DNA of 64,000 nucleotides from Nitrospiraceae bacterium (GCA_037442105.1 JBBIQV010000002.1:1-64000), one strand, 5' to 3'; counted from the stretch's first letter, positions 1-9,796 are shown. The notes: generated from the sequence alone by a model not told the origin. Numbers and translations are program-made.

Positions 1-7
1 TGGTCCA

Positions 8-1213
8 ATGAAGGTCAAGGTTGAGGCTAAGGTGAAGGGAGGGAAATGGACCGCTATAGGGATAGCGGGAACCTTGTTCTTTGTGTGCGCGGTATCAGCG
101 CTCTCCGAAGAAACTCAACCTCAGCCTGGACCTCAACCTGTGTCTTCGCTCGAGCGTCACCTTGCCAATATCCGCCAGCTTACGTTTGGCCGGCAGAATG
201 CCGAAGCCTACTTTTCTTTCGACGGTTCCAAGTTGATTTTTCAATCCACCAACAACTGGATGGCCGACACCTTTGCGGATGTGATGGCCCCTTCCGGGTC
301 TCCGCTCGGCTGCTATCAGATGTATGTGATGGATCTGGAGAGCAATAAGATCCGTCTCGTGAGCACCGGTGTTGGGGCGACGACCTGCGGGTATTTTTCC
401 CCCGGCGATCGCCGCGTACTATATTCCTCCACCCACTTGAAGGGTCCCAATTGCCCGCCCAAACCGAAACGGGAGGGCTCCTATCGTTGGGCATTGGATG
501 ACTACGATCTCTTCTCCGTGAGAATCGACGGGCAGGGGATGCAACGCCTCACGAATACGCCCGGCTACGATGCGGAGGCGACCGTCTCCCCGGACGGCAA
601 GACCATCGTGTGGACATCCGTGCGAGACGGGGACCTGGACCTCTACGCGATGAATCTCGATGGAACGCGCGTGCGGCGCTTGACCACCGAGATCGGCTAC
701 GACGGTGGTGCGTTCTTCTCGCCCGACAGTAAGCGCATCGTATATCGTGCGTCTCACCCACAGAATCAGCAGGAGCTGGACCGGTATCAATCGTTGCTGG
801 CGCAAAACCTGGTCGAACCGAACCGGCTGGAACTCTTCGTCATGAATGCGGACGGAACGGAGAAGCGCCAGGTCACCGCGAACGGCGCGTCGAACTTCGC
901 GCCGTTCTTTCACCCGGACGGGAGGCGGATTGTTTTCTCGTCCAATCTCCACGACGTAGACCGTTCCCCGTCTTCCGGTCCCCGTCCTCCGTTGACGGAC
1001 AACGGACAGCGGAAAACGGACGGGGGGCGCCCGGCCTTTCATCTCTATCTGATCAATGACGACGGGACCGGCATCGAGCGCATCACCTTCGACGGGACCT
1101 TCAACAGTTTTCCGATGTTCTCGCCTGACGGCAAACACCTCGTGTGGGTGTCGGACCGGCAGGCGAAGGAACCGGGTGAGTTCAATATTTTCTTGGCAGA
1201 CTGGGTGCCGTGA
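8..1213 (+). CDS. TolB-like PD40 beta-propeller periplasmic protein
   Basis: Repeated PD40 motifs (FSFDGSKLIF, SPDGKTIVW, FSPDSKRIVY, FHPDGRRIVF, FSPDGKHLVW) and an N-terminal signal-like hydrophobic stretch. Confidence 0.85.
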   Translation: MKVKVEAKVKGGKWTAIGIAGTLFFVCAVSALSEETQPQPGPQPVSSLERHLANIRQLTFGRQNAEAYFSFDGSKLIFQSTNNWMADTFADVMAPSGSPLGCYQMYVMDLESNKIRLVSTGVGATTCGYFSPGDRRVLYSSTHLKGPNCPPKPKREGSYRWALDDYDLFSVRIDGQGMQRLTNTPGYDAEATVSPDGKTIVWTSVRDGDLDLYAMNLDGTRVRRLTTEIGYDGGAFFSPDSKRIVYRASHPQNQQELDRYQSLLAQNLVEPNRLELFVMNADGTEKRQVTANGASNFAPFFHPDGRRIVFSSNLHDVDRSPSSGPRPPLTDNGQRKTDGGRPAFHLYLINDDGTGIERITFDGTFNSFPMFSPDGKHLVWVSDRQAKEPGEFNIFLADWVP

Positions 1214-1219
1214 AAAACT

Positions 1220-1320
1220 GGGCAATTGGCAATGGGCTAGAGGCTAGGGGCTAGGGGAAAGATGATCTGGCCCCGCGCCTCCGGTCACTTGCCACTCGCC
1301 TCTAGCCTATGGCCCTTCGC
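1220..1320. repeat. Heptamer family D (GGCTAGG/GGCAAGG) hairpin
   Basis: GGCTAGAGGCTAGGGGCTAGGGG..CCTCTAGCC; related copies near 3243-3322, 29505-29538, 41050-41108 and 52556-52630. Confidence 0.75.
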
Positions 1321-2335
1321 CTTCTCCTGCCTCGCCCTACTCGCCTCCTTCACCGTCCTCCTCCAGCTCGATATCCCCTTCGCCCGGTTTTTCCGATCCG
1401 TGCACAGCCTGCCGCTTGAGCGGATCGGCAACGTGGGCGATACACTGGGCAGCGGAGTCGCCCTCAGCCTGGTCAGCGTGGCCGCCTTCGTCGCCTGGCT
1501 GGTCTTCAAGAAGGACCTGGGTCGCAGGGTCGGCATCGAAAGCGCGGTGGCGCACGGCGTAGTGGCCCTGCTGGCGAATGGGTTGAAACATGCGATCGGC
1601 CGCCCGCGTCCGCGCCTGACCCATTCAGGCGAGTTTCAGTTCTGGCCCTCGTGGGATTCGGGGCTGGATTCGTTCCCGTCGGGACATACGTCTGCGTCCT
1701 TCGCGGTCGCGACGGTTCTGGCCCGGCATCTGCCGCGCACGGCGTGGGTGTGTTACGGGGTTGCCTCGTGGATCGCCGCCAGCCGAGTCTGGCGGGGGTC
1801 GCATTTCCCCACCGATGTGATGGCCGGGGTCGTTCTTGGGGTAGCGGTCGGGATGGTGGCGAGCAGTCCGCTTCGTGAGTGGCGCCATTCGCTCAAACAG
1901 GCCGTGGTGTCCGTGACCCCCTATGCGGTTGCTGGAACGGCATTATTATGGGTGGCCTGCCATGGAGCGCCGGAGGGGTGGGATGCGATGGCACTTATGG
2001 TTGCAGGGGTGCTGTGTCTCGCGATCGGCCTCGGCGCCGGCCTGTTGATGTCGCGGCAAGGGCGGTGGCCCTGGTTGCCCGATCGCCCGCTGGCCCGGAT
2101 GGTGACGGCGGTGGGGCTGGCATTCACGACCGGCTCGTACGTTGTTCTAGGACTGATCGGACTGACCGCGCTTGCGGCTTGGATCGAGACCTTGGGGGGA
2201 GTGGACCCCCGCGAAACCGGGCCATCGTCCCAAACCCATGTCAGGCCATTGGTGATCGAAGGCCTCTCTGTCGCAGCTGTCGTTCTGGCGGCGCTGCTCA
2301 TCCAGGGACTGAAAGGCGTCATTCCGATACAGTAA
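1262..2335 (+). CDS. PAP2-family membrane phosphatase
   Basis: PAP2 motifs K-x6-RP (KHAIGRPRP), SFPSGH and SRVxxGxHFPTDV; multiple TM segments. Confidence 0.9.
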   Translation: MIWPRASGHLPLASSLWPFAFSCLALLASFTVLLQLDIPFARFFRSVHSLPLERIGNVGDTLGSGVALSLVSVAAFVAWLVFKKDLGRRVGIESAVAHGVVALLANGLKHAIGRPRPRLTHSGEFQFWPSWDSGLDSFPSGHTSASFAVATVLARHLPRTAWVCYGVASWIAASRVWRGSHFPTDVMAGVVLGVAVGMVASSPLREWRHSLKQAVVSVTPYAVAGTALLWVACHGAPEGWDAMALMVAGVLCLAIGLGAGLLMSRQGRWPWLPDRPLARMVTAVGLAFTTGSYVVLGLIGLTALAAWIETLGGVDPRETGPSSQTHVRPLVIEGLSVAAVVLAALLIQGLKGVIPIQ

Positions 2336-2340
2336 GGAAT

Positions 2341-2415
2341 AGGCTAAGGTTGAGGCTGAGGTTCAGGATGAACATGCTTTTGCGCTCGGCCTTGACCTCA
2401 ACCTCAGCCTTCAGC
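2341..2415. repeat. Hexamer (AGGTTG/AGGCTG) hairpin between convergent genes
   Basis: AGGCTAAGGTTGAGGCTGAGG..CCTTGACCTCAACCTCAGCCT; related copies at 12-38, 114-139 and 31211-31287. Confidence 0.75.
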
Positions 2416-4207
2416 GGCCTGGTGTCGGCAGCGGTGGTGACGGAGGCGGCTCCTTACTCGCCGGCACATCCACCATCGGTTTGTTGGCCAGCAGGATATA
2501 GCCGAAACGCTGGAGGATGATGGGGAAGTCGGCTGTTTCACGGGGCAGCCTCGCGCGAAGAGAGGCCGGAAGTAGGATCATGGTGCGACCCGGCTGGTTG
2601 ACGTGCGGCAGAACGTTCGCTTCCTCTCCTGTTTGGATGAAGATGGTTTTTCGCCTCGCGTAGAAGACCGTTGAAGGTCTGGTGGAGCCATACACGATCA
2701 ATCGATCGGTCGGACTCAAATTTAACCCTGCCGCATAGGCCAGTTCCTGCGGCGGGGCGATGGCGTATCGATTGAGACGCGGCAGCATCACGACCACCAG
2801 AATGAGCGCGACGCAGGCCAGCGTCGCGCCGGCAGCCCAGAAGGCTCCGGCCCGGCGGTCCTCGCTAAGTCCGAAGTAGCTCACCAGTGCCATCCCGATC
2901 AATAAGACCGCTGCAGCAATGTATGGACCGCTTCCCAGATCGACTTGGGCAGCCAGCGGGAATTCCTTCACCAGCTTGTCCACGTTCGACGAATAGAGCG
3001 ACGGCAGCGCCGCGAATCCCAGAGCCAGGAGATAGCCAAGTCCCGTGGTCACATGGACCGAGACGCGGGTGCCCGACGTTCCTGGTTGGAGCAGCCCCCG
3101 CGACCAGTATGAGGCGGTCAGCAGGGCTGCGGCAGGGAACAGCGGGCCGATGTAGTGGGGCAGCCTCGTCGACGAGAGCGTGAAGAGGACCAGCACCGCA
3201 AGCACCCAGGCCGCGGCGAACCAATCCAGCTCGTCCTGAGCTGGCAGGCGCGAGGCACGAGGCACGAGGCTAGTGGTCGATTCGGATCTTACCTCTAGCC
3301 CCTTGCCCCGTGCCCCTTGCCAACTCTTGAACGCCTGATACCACGCCACCGGCAGCCAGCCGCTCCAGGGGAAAAATCCGAGGAGAAGTACCGGGATGTA
3401 GAAAAGGAAGGAAAACCCATGGCCTTCCATCGGGTTGAGAAAGCGCCCGACCGTATTGGCCTGTGCCGATTGAGAATAGTCCGTTCCATGGATCGAGAGC
3501 ATGGCCAGGTACCAGGGGAGAGCGAGTGCCAGAACGAGCCCGATCCCGGCCAGCGGGAAACCGGTCTGCCAGTAGTGACTCCAGCGCTTCGCCAGAGTCA
3601 GATAGACGGCGACGGTGAGCGCGGGGACCAGCACCCCGACCGGTCCTTTCGTAAGTGTCCCCAGCGCCATGCCGCCATAGAAAGCCCAGAGCCAGTAACG
3701 GCTCCGCCCTTCATCCGCGAATCCCAGCCAGAATCCGAACAGCGCGAGGGTCGTAAAAAAGATGAGGACACTGTCGGTTAGCGCCATGCGGCCGAGGCTG
3801 ATGATCTCCACATTCAACAGGAGCATCAAACTGCCGAACAGCCCGACCGCCGAGCCTCGCAGTCGGGTGAGAACAAGATACTGCATCGCAATCAGCCCCA
3901 GACCGAACAGCGCCGAGGGAAACCGTGCGGCAAATTCGCTCACGCCGAACAGGCGATAGGAGGCGCTCATCAGCCAGTACAAGAAGACCGGCTTGGCGTA
4001 GCGCGGTTCATAGTTGAAGGTGGGGCTGATCCAATCGCCGGTCTCGACCATCTCGCGACCGGCTTCGGCGTTCCGTCCTTCGTCCCGGTCGGTGAGACCC
4101 AAGGCGCCGAGGTTGAGAAAGAACAAGAGCCCGGCGAGCGCCAGCAAAGCCAAAAGGTGATGAGTGATGAGTGATCGGTGATGAGTGGGGAACGGTGTCT
4201 TACTCAT
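2411..4207 (-). CDS. ArnT-like GT83/PMT_2 polyprenyl-phosphate-sugar glycosyltransferase
   Basis: DRDEGRNAEAGREM, KPVFLYW, ARFPSA and LTKGPVG motifs; polytopic membrane protein. Confidence 0.9.
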   Translation of the reverse strand: MSKTPFPTHHRSLITHHLLALLALAGLLFFLNLGALGLTDRDEGRNAEAGREMVETGDWISPTFNYEPRYAKPVFLYWLMSASYRLFGVSEFAARFPSALFGLGLIAMQYLVLTRLRGSAVGLFGSLMLLLNVEIISLGRMALTDSVLIFFTTLALFGFWLGFADEGRSRYWLWAFYGGMALGTLTKGPVGVLVPALTVAVYLTLAKRWSHYWQTGFPLAGIGLVLALALPWYLAMLSIHGTDYSQSAQANTVGRFLNPMEGHGFSFLFYIPVLLLGFFPWSGWLPVAWYQAFKSWQGARGKGLEVRSESTTSLVPRASRLPAQDELDWFAAAWVLAVLVLFTLSSTRLPHYIGPLFPAAALLTASYWSRGLLQPGTSGTRVSVHVTTGLGYLLALGFAALPSLYSSNVDKLVKEFPLAAQVDLGSGPYIAAAVLLIGMALVSYFGLSEDRRAGAFWAAGATLACVALILVVVMLPRLNRYAIAPPQELAYAAGLNLSPTDRLIVYGSTRPSTVFYARRKTIFIQTGEEANVLPHVNQPGRTMILLPASLRARLPRETADFPIILQRFGYILLANKPMVDVPASKEPPPSPPLPTPGR

Positions 4208-4213
4208 CGCCCA

Positions 4214-4513
4214 TCACCCATCACCGAGTTTGCTGTCCGCTGTTCGCTGCTTGCTGTTGGTATAGATCAACATGAGGTTACGGAGATAGACGAATGTCCC
4301 CACCCCCTGACCGGCGATGAAGACAGGATCTTTGCGGTAAATCGCGTAGGCCAGGGTGATCAAACCGCCGATGAGACTCAAGTACCAGAACGTAATCGGG
4401 ATTTGGCTTTGGGCGCTCCGCTCGGATGCCCACCACTGGAACACCCAACGCATGAAGAACAGACCTTGGCCGAGAAAGCCGATCGCGATCCAGATGGTGT
4501 CGATGGAGATCAT
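4214..4513 (-). CDS. LAB_N (lipid A biosynthesis N-terminal domain) small membrane protein
   Basis: GQGLFFMRWVFQWWASER, FWYLSLIGG and DPVFIAGQ signature. Confidence 0.9.
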   Translation of the reverse strand: MISIDTIWIAIGFLGQGLFFMRWVFQWWASERSAQSQIPITFWYLSLIGGLITLAYAIYRKDPVFIAGQGVGTFVYLRNLMLIYTNSKQRTADSKLGDG

Positions 4514-4929
4514 GAAACAGGTGTGATGGGTGATGGGTGATGGGTGATGGGTTTGTGTTTCAAAGACCGGAGGAGACCGAGCAACATTTTCCGGATATGC
4601 TCGATCCGATCGAAGACGCTGCCGTCTGAAAACATCCCCATATCCCGTGCGAGCAGCAGTTGAGTTTCCAACTCAGCTATCGAGCCGAGGGATACATAAA
4701 GATACTGAACGAACTCCTTGCGCGACTTCCTGGCCGCCCCTTCTGCAATATTACTGGGTATCGAGACAGCGCAACGTCGTGTCTGTAAGGTCAGGCCATA
4801 GGTTTCTTCCTTTGGAAAGCCGGCGGTCAATTTGTATGTCGTTCGAGCGAGGGTCATCGCCTCCTGCCATACGTCCAGGTCCTTGTGGGTTCTCGGACGG
4901 TTCTTGTTCGTTTCCTCAAAACTCATCAC
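4510..4929 (-). CDS. Four-helix bundle protein (23S rRNA IVP / TIGR02436 family) #1
   Basis: HKDLDVWQ, FPKEETYGLT, SIPSNIAEG and GSIAELETQL motifs. Confidence 0.92.
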   Translation of the reverse strand: MMSFEETNKNRPRTHKDLDVWQEAMTLARTTYKLTAGFPKEETYGLTLQTRRCAVSIPSNIAEGAARKSRKEFVQYLYVSLGSIAELETQLLLARDMGMFSDGSVFDRIEHIRKMLLGLLRSLKHKPITHHPSPITPVS

Positions 4930-4932
4930 CCA

Positions 4933-5667
4933 TCACTCATCACGTACCCTGTACCTGAGAACCCGGGCCATCATCCACCGCACCGCGATCAGATCGTACA
5001 GGCCCTTGAAGAGACGGTTCCCGACGCCGTACTTCGAGACGCCGTGGGCGCGGGGGTGGTGGCGCACCGGCACCTCGGTCACGCGGAAGCCGTGCATCAA
5101 GGCCAGCGCCGGGAAAAACCGGTGCATGCCGTTAAACAACTGCAGCCGTTCCACCACCGCCCGCCGGAAGATCTTCAAGGAACAACCGGTGTCATGGACA
5201 CGATCGCCCGTGACGGCGCTGCGCACGGCGTTCGCGATGCGCGACGAGAGTTTCCGCACGAGGTTGTCGTGGCGGTCCTTCCGCCAACCGCACACCAGGT
5301 CGAACTCCCGAACATAGGGAAGCAGGGTACCGATGTCTGCCGGATCATTCTGCAGATCGCCGTCGATCGTGATGACCAGTTCGCCGGTAGAACGCTTGAA
5401 TCCCGCGTCGAAGGCGGCCGTCTGTCCGTAATTGCGATCGAAGTGCAAGACGGCGACGGAGGTGTACTGTTCAGCCAACTGATCCAGGATCTTGGCGCTC
5501 CCGTCCGTGCTCCCGTCGTCGATGAAGATGATTTCAAAGGGGGCCGTGCGCGACACTTCGCGGGATTGGAGAACTTTCAACAAATGTTCGGTCAGCGGCG
5601 CCAGGTTGTCCCGTTCGTCCTTGATAGGAATGATTACCGAGGCCCATGGGCGGGGAGAAACGGTCAT
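4933..5667 (-). CDS. GT2 polyprenol-phosphate glycosyltransferase (ArnC/Dpm1-like)
   Basis: DDGSTDGS, NYGQTAA, DGDLQNDP, DTGCSLK and MHRFFP motifs. Confidence 0.92.
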   Translation of the reverse strand: MTVSPRPWASVIIPIKDERDNLAPLTEHLLKVLQSREVSRTAPFEIIFIDDGSTDGSAKILDQLAEQYTSVAVLHFDRNYGQTAAFDAGFKRSTGELVITIDGDLQNDPADIGTLLPYVREFDLVCGWRKDRHDNLVRKLSSRIANAVRSAVTGDRVHDTGCSLKIFRRAVVERLQLFNGMHRFFPALALMHGFRVTEVPVRHHPRAHGVSKYGVGNRLFKGLYDLIAVRWMMARVLRYRVRDE

Positions 5668-5716
5668 GCGGAGCGACGGCTCATTTTGTACCGGCTAGGG
5701 GGACAACCACGAGGGC

Positions 5717-5745
5717 ATTGTACAGAAGGCTCTATGGACGGTCAA
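5717..5745 (-). promoter_or_regulatory. Putative sigma70 promoter for the GT2 operon
   Basis: Minus strand TTGACC-N17-TACAAT about 50 nt upstream of the GT2 start. Confidence 0.55.
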
Positions 5746-5814
5746 ACGAAGCGAAGAACACCGCTTCCAGTGATGGGGAACGGAGCGGTTCCTCATTCGC
5801 CAACCGTCATACAA

Positions 5815-6225
5815 TTACTGCTTCCAGTTGTCCACGACGAGGCTGGGAATCCGCTGAAAGTGGACGAGGTTGTTGGTAACCAACGTGCATTGGGCTTCCA
5901 GTGCCGTGGCGGCAATGAGGATATCCGCGTCCGGCAGCAGTCCGCCTCGGCGATACAGCTCTCCATATAGCGTGGCCGCCCGCTCAATGATCTGGTCGGT
6001 CAGCGGGAGGACGAAGCTGGCCTGGCAGAGTACCGCAAAGGCTGCTTCTTGCGCTTGCGCCTGCTTCGCTTTGAGCCCACGCAACAGTTCATACCGTGTA
6101 ATGATCGAAAAGGTGAGTCGCTCGTGCTCGGCAAGATAGCGCCGCACCCGTTGCGTCACGAGCGGGTGTTGCTTCAGGAGTTCGGAGAGGATATCGGTAT
6201 CGAGAAGCGCTGGCGGCTGGGGCAT
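5815..6225 (-). CDS. vapC: VapC-type PIN-domain toxin
   Basis: LLDTDILS, E, DILIAATA and LVTNNxxHF PIN acidic motifs. Confidence 0.9.
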   Translation of the reverse strand: MPQPPALLDTDILSELLKQHPLVTQRVRRYLAEHERLTFSIITRYELLRGLKAKQAQAQEAAFAVLCQASFVLPLTDQIIERAATLYGELYRRGGLLPDADILIAATALEAQCTLVTNNLVHFQRIPSLVVDNWKQ

Positions 6226-6461
6226 CAGGCGGCGGGCTCACGAAAGAAACGCTGCCGGTTCAAGGCGATGGCCTCCACCTGCTCGATCTCGTCTGCCGTC
6301 AATCCCTGGTAAACCCGCGCGGCGCGTTGCAGGATTTCGTCCGCCGGTACGGGAGTCTCGGTTTCGACCGTGACCTGCACTTCAGCTTCCTCATCGAGAG
6401 CCAATGGCTCCAAGGGGTGCAAGGCCCCATCATGGTATCGAGCTTTGACCGTCTGGCGCAT
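6225..6461 (-). CDS. AF2212/DUF104-type antitoxin
   Basis: VKARYHDGALHPLEPLALDE motif; stop overlaps vapC start; start taken at MRQTV. Confidence 0.8.
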   Translation of the reverse strand: MRQTVKARYHDGALHPLEPLALDEEAEVQVTVETETPVPADEILQRAARVYQGLTADEIEQVEAIALNRQRFFREPAA

Positions 6462-6567
6462 TGCGGTCGTGCTGTCCTGCGGCGTGGTCGAGTCAGGTTC
6501 GTGCCTCTCCGCCTGCTTGCTACGCATGATAATACAGGAAATTGGGAAGAATCGCACGTGTCGCCCG

Positions 6568-7143
6568 TCATCCCTTCTCGGTCACCGTGAAGCGCACCGT
6601 GCCCATGAGACTCAGTTCGTTGATCTGCTCGCCGACATGAATCTCGACTTTGTACCGGCCCGGTTTCCATCCGCCGGGCGGCGGGCTCAGTTTCAGGTAC
6701 CCGCTTTCGTCTTCCGTGGCGATGTACATAGAGTCCTGTGCGACGAGCATGGCCGGGTCGAGTCCTGCGACCTGCTCCGGGAAACAGCGCCCGAAGACGA
6801 GGAAAGATTGGTAGTGCTGGTGGAGCTGAAACACGAGGTAGACCGCGGGGGAATTCGGCCGAAACTGTTCGGTCGGGCGGACCGGAACCATTTCGTGCGT
6901 GCGGCGAAAGCCCAATTCTTCGTCGATATCCTCGGCGGCCTGAATCGCGCGGAACATCCCTTCGGGTGGCGCGTCGAAGTTGTAGGGCTTGATGTCTTGC
7001 TGGCGGTTCTGGAATTCGGGGATCGGGACGTTGGGCGTCAGCTTCAGCTCTTCGGCCTGGACGATTCCGGTGCAGGGCAACAGCCCCCAGACCGTGGCGG
7101 CCGCGACCAGCCGGCGCCGCATATCCTTTGCATGTCTTGCCAT
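6568..7143 (-). CDS. Hypothetical exported protein
   Basis: Signal-like N-terminus (RRRLVAAATVWGLL..VQA) and Ig-like C-terminus (PPPGGWKPGRYKVEI); start uncertain. Confidence 0.6.
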   Translation of the reverse strand: MARHAKDMRRRLVAAATVWGLLPCTGIVQAEELKLTPNVPIPEFQNRQQDIKPYNFDAPPEGMFRAIQAAEDIDEELGFRRTHEMVPVRPTEQFRPNSPAVYLVFQLHQHYQSFLVFGRCFPEQVAGLDPAMLVAQDSMYIATEDESGYLKLSPPPGGWKPGRYKVEIHVGEQINELSLMGTVRFTVTEKG

Positions 7144-7347
7144 AGGGTCTTGGTACACGTCACACAGCGTGGCTGTCAAGCGATGCTGACTACTGAACGC
7201 TCGTCGTGCCGATTGCACGTCAACGAAACCATCTGTTAGAATTCGCCTCCCTTGAGATACAGAAGCGAATAGCGAACAGCTAATAGCCGGCAGCCGACCA
7301 TGCAAAGCTATGAAGCCGTGAGCTATTCGCTACTCGCTCTATTCGCT

Positions 7348-8805
7348 ATGCTGCAAAACGAAGACGCGCTACCTCAACCGATCGGCGACTATAAGCCCGT
7401 CGATCGGTGGCAGGCGCATATCAACGAATTGTTCTATCGGCTTCGGGGAAACCAGCTCCGTCACTATTACCAGACCTTTGCGTCCGCCGATTATCGGCTC
7501 GCGCACGCGCTGGCCGCCGATTACTACGAGCGCGCATGCGCGCGCGAGAAAGTCGCAAGTCGTCAATCGGCAAACGTCAATCGTCAACCGACCGATCCCT
7601 CACCCATCACTCATCACCCATCACCTCTCACGATCCTGGAACTCGGCCCCGGCAACGGCAACCTCGCCGCCTGCTTCCTCACCCATCTGAAAAGCCTCGA
7701 TAAGGATGGGCGGATCTATCCGCGAGTGCGCTATGTGCTGGTGGATTCCCATCAGTCCACCTTGGACGGCGCCAAGGCTCATCCCGATCTCGCCCCCCAT
7801 CTGGATCGCGTGGACACGCTCTGCGCCGGCGTGGAGCGCCTCAGCTCCGTGGCGGACGGTACGGTCGATCGGGTGATCTGTAGCGAGCTGTGGAACGACC
7901 TGCCTACCAAGCTCATGGTTCGGAAAGAGGGCGAAATTGAAGAGGAGCATCTGCGACCCAACCTGAGCGAGACCAAGCATGCCGCGATCGAAGATTGGTC
8001 CGGGTTCGTCAGGGCCTTCGACGCCAAAGATACGGAGACGCTCAAGACGTTTCCTCCATTCTTCGAAGACCTTGTCTGGGAAAAGGAATATCACAAGGTC
8101 GAGTGGAAGGATGTACCCTACCGGAAGACCATCAGCGAGTTCTTGAAACAGATCGACGAGCAAGTGCTGGTGCCGGTCAATCTAGGCGCCTGCGCAACAG
8201 TCAAGGAAGCCAAGCGCGTGTTGGCAACCGATGCGATCGGCTTCAGCGCGTTCGATGCCGGCACCGTCGACATGAAAGTCTTGAACGATCCGGAGAAGCC
8301 CTGCTACGGGCAATTCGGCGGGCAGTACAGTTTCATGATCAACTTTGCCCTGGTGGAGGCGGTGGCGAAACAAGTGGGTGTTCCCAAAGTCGGCATCGAA
8401 ACCCAACGCGAGTTCGTCGGGCAAAGCTTGCGCACCAATGTCTTGCTGTTAGTCGATCTACTGGCGGTTCACCCCTCCGCCGGGGAAACGATGCAACCTT
8501 GGCAGCAGGATCGGCTGACGATCAAGACGATCGGCGCCTTGAACCGCACCTACCAAAGTCCCTATCGGCGGACGCTGGATTTCTCGCTCCACAAGGACAT
8601 GCCGGCGGAAGAACGGGAGGCGTTGCAAGGGATCGTGTCGTCGTTGAAGCGCGACGGGGTGCCGGATACCGTGGCCTACCTGACGGAAGAAGAGCTCTTC
8701 GCGGCGATGAAAGATCTCGAAGAACTGGGCTATGAACGCGACACCATCCTCATGGCCCTCAATGCTCCCCCTGCGCCGGTCGAGTATCGGCACTTTTCAT
8801 TTTGA
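7348..8805 (+). CDS. SAM-dependent methyltransferase (MidA/NDUFAF7-like)
   Basis: ILELGPGNGNLA SAM motif, YVLVD and ELWNDLP. Confidence 0.8.
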   Translation: MLQNEDALPQPIGDYKPVDRWQAHINELFYRLRGNQLRHYYQTFASADYRLAHALAADYYERACAREKVASRQSANVNRQPTDPSPITHHPSPLTILELGPGNGNLAACFLTHLKSLDKDGRIYPRVRYVLVDSHQSTLDGAKAHPDLAPHLDRVDTLCAGVERLSSVADGTVDRVICSELWNDLPTKLMVRKEGEIEEEHLRPNLSETKHAAIEDWSGFVRAFDAKDTETLKTFPPFFEDLVWEKEYHKVEWKDVPYRKTISEFLKQIDEQVLVPVNLGACATVKEAKRVLATDAIGFSAFDAGTVDMKVLNDPEKPCYGQFGGQYSFMINFALVEAVAKQVGVPKVGIETQREFVGQSLRTNVLLLVDLLAVHPSAGETMQPWQQDRLTIKTIGALNRTYQSPYRRTLDFSLHKDMPAEEREALQGIVSSLKRDGVPDTVAYLTEEELFAAMKDLEELGYERDTILMALNAPPAPVEYRHFSF

Positions 8806-8956
8806 ATAGCGAGTAGCGAACAGCTCTCGTAGCCGGAAGCTGGTAGCGAATAGCTGGCAGCAAGTAGCCCGGACCTCCGAGCTATTCGCTGTTCGTTATT
8901 GGCTGCTGGCTTTTTCCTCGCAATTGGCAATTGGCTATCCGCTCTCTAGAAACTGC

Positions 8957-8985
8957 TTGACTAATTGCAGAGACTTCTATAGCCT
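8957..8985 (+). promoter_or_regulatory. Putative sigma70 promoter for the tat genes
   Basis: TTGACT-N17-TAGCCT. Confidence 0.4.
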
Positions 8986-9104
8986 CTGCCCCGTTTATGG
9001 CGTAAAGAGTGAATAGCTAGAAGCTGGCAGCCAATAGCTGTAAGGGATTTGCTGCTCGCTTTTCGCTGTTACCTATCGGCTATTCGCTGTCTTGAGGTGT
9101 GGCG

Positions 9105-9398
9105 ATGTTCGGATCGTTCGGGTGGATGGAGCTCATGCTGATCTTGATCATCGTGTTGATCATTTTCGGCGCGGGCAAGTTGCCGCAACTCGGCGAAGGG
9201 CTCGGCAAGGCCATTAAGGGATTCAAGAAGACGGTGCATGAACCGGACGCGATCGATGTCACCGCCGCGCCGGCCGAGCAGGCGCCGGCAAGCCAGCCTT
9301 CTCAGCTCGCCCAAGCCACTCCAACGATGCAGCAACCGGCGCCCCCCGCAAGCTCCACGGCGGCGGGACAGCCGGGCGGACAGGCGAAACAGGGATAA
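9105..9398 (+). CDS. tatA: Twin-arginine translocase TatA
   Basis: [42 protein letters not shown]. Confidence 0.93.
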   Translation: MFGSFGWMELMLILIIVLIIFGAGKLPQLGEGLGKAIKGFKKTVHEPDAIDVTAAPAEQAPASQPSQLAQATPTMQQPAPPASSTAAGQPGGQAKQG

Positions 9399-9499
9399 GG
9401 GTACAGTGAGCGGTGATGGGTGATGAGTGATGGGTAACGAGGACCGTCGAGACCGATCACTGATCACTCATCACCGATCACCCATCACAGGGTTGAGCT

Positions 9500-9796
9500 A
9501 TGTTCGGTCTCGGTGCCGGCGAAATATTGATCATCTTGATCATTGCTTTCCTGCTGTTCGGACCCAAGCAATTGCCGGAAGTGGGCCGGCAAGTCGGGAA
9601 GGCGGTCAAGGGATTTAAGGAAACGGCGGAAGATCTCCGGAAGACCGTCGAGCCGGAGCTCAATATGATCCAACAGGAGGTCAAGATGGCGGAGCAGGAC
9701 CTCCAGGCGTCGATGAAGGAGGCGGAAGAGGAGATCACCGCCGCCACGAAACCGGCTGAAGCGGCGAATAGCGAACAGAAAACAGCGAGCAGCTAG
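9500..9796 (+). CDS. tatB: Twin-arginine translocase TatB/TatA-family subunit
   Basis: MFGLGAGEILIILIIAFLLFGPKQLPEVGRQVGKAVKGFK with coiled C-terminus. Confidence 0.75.
   Translation: MFGLGAGEILIILIIAFLLFGPKQLPEVGRQVGKAVKGFKETAEDLRKTVEPELNMIQQEVKMAEQDLQASMKEAEEEITAATKPAEAANSEQKTASS

Larger units (their letters stand above)
4150..4945. repeat. Heptamer family B (TGATGGG/CCCATCA) arms and hairpins
   Basis: Arrays at 4157-4225, 4523-4552 and 4921-4943; also near 7600-7630, 9405-9490, 29395-29490, 32315-32345, 43645-43665 and 47185-47205. Confidence 0.85.
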
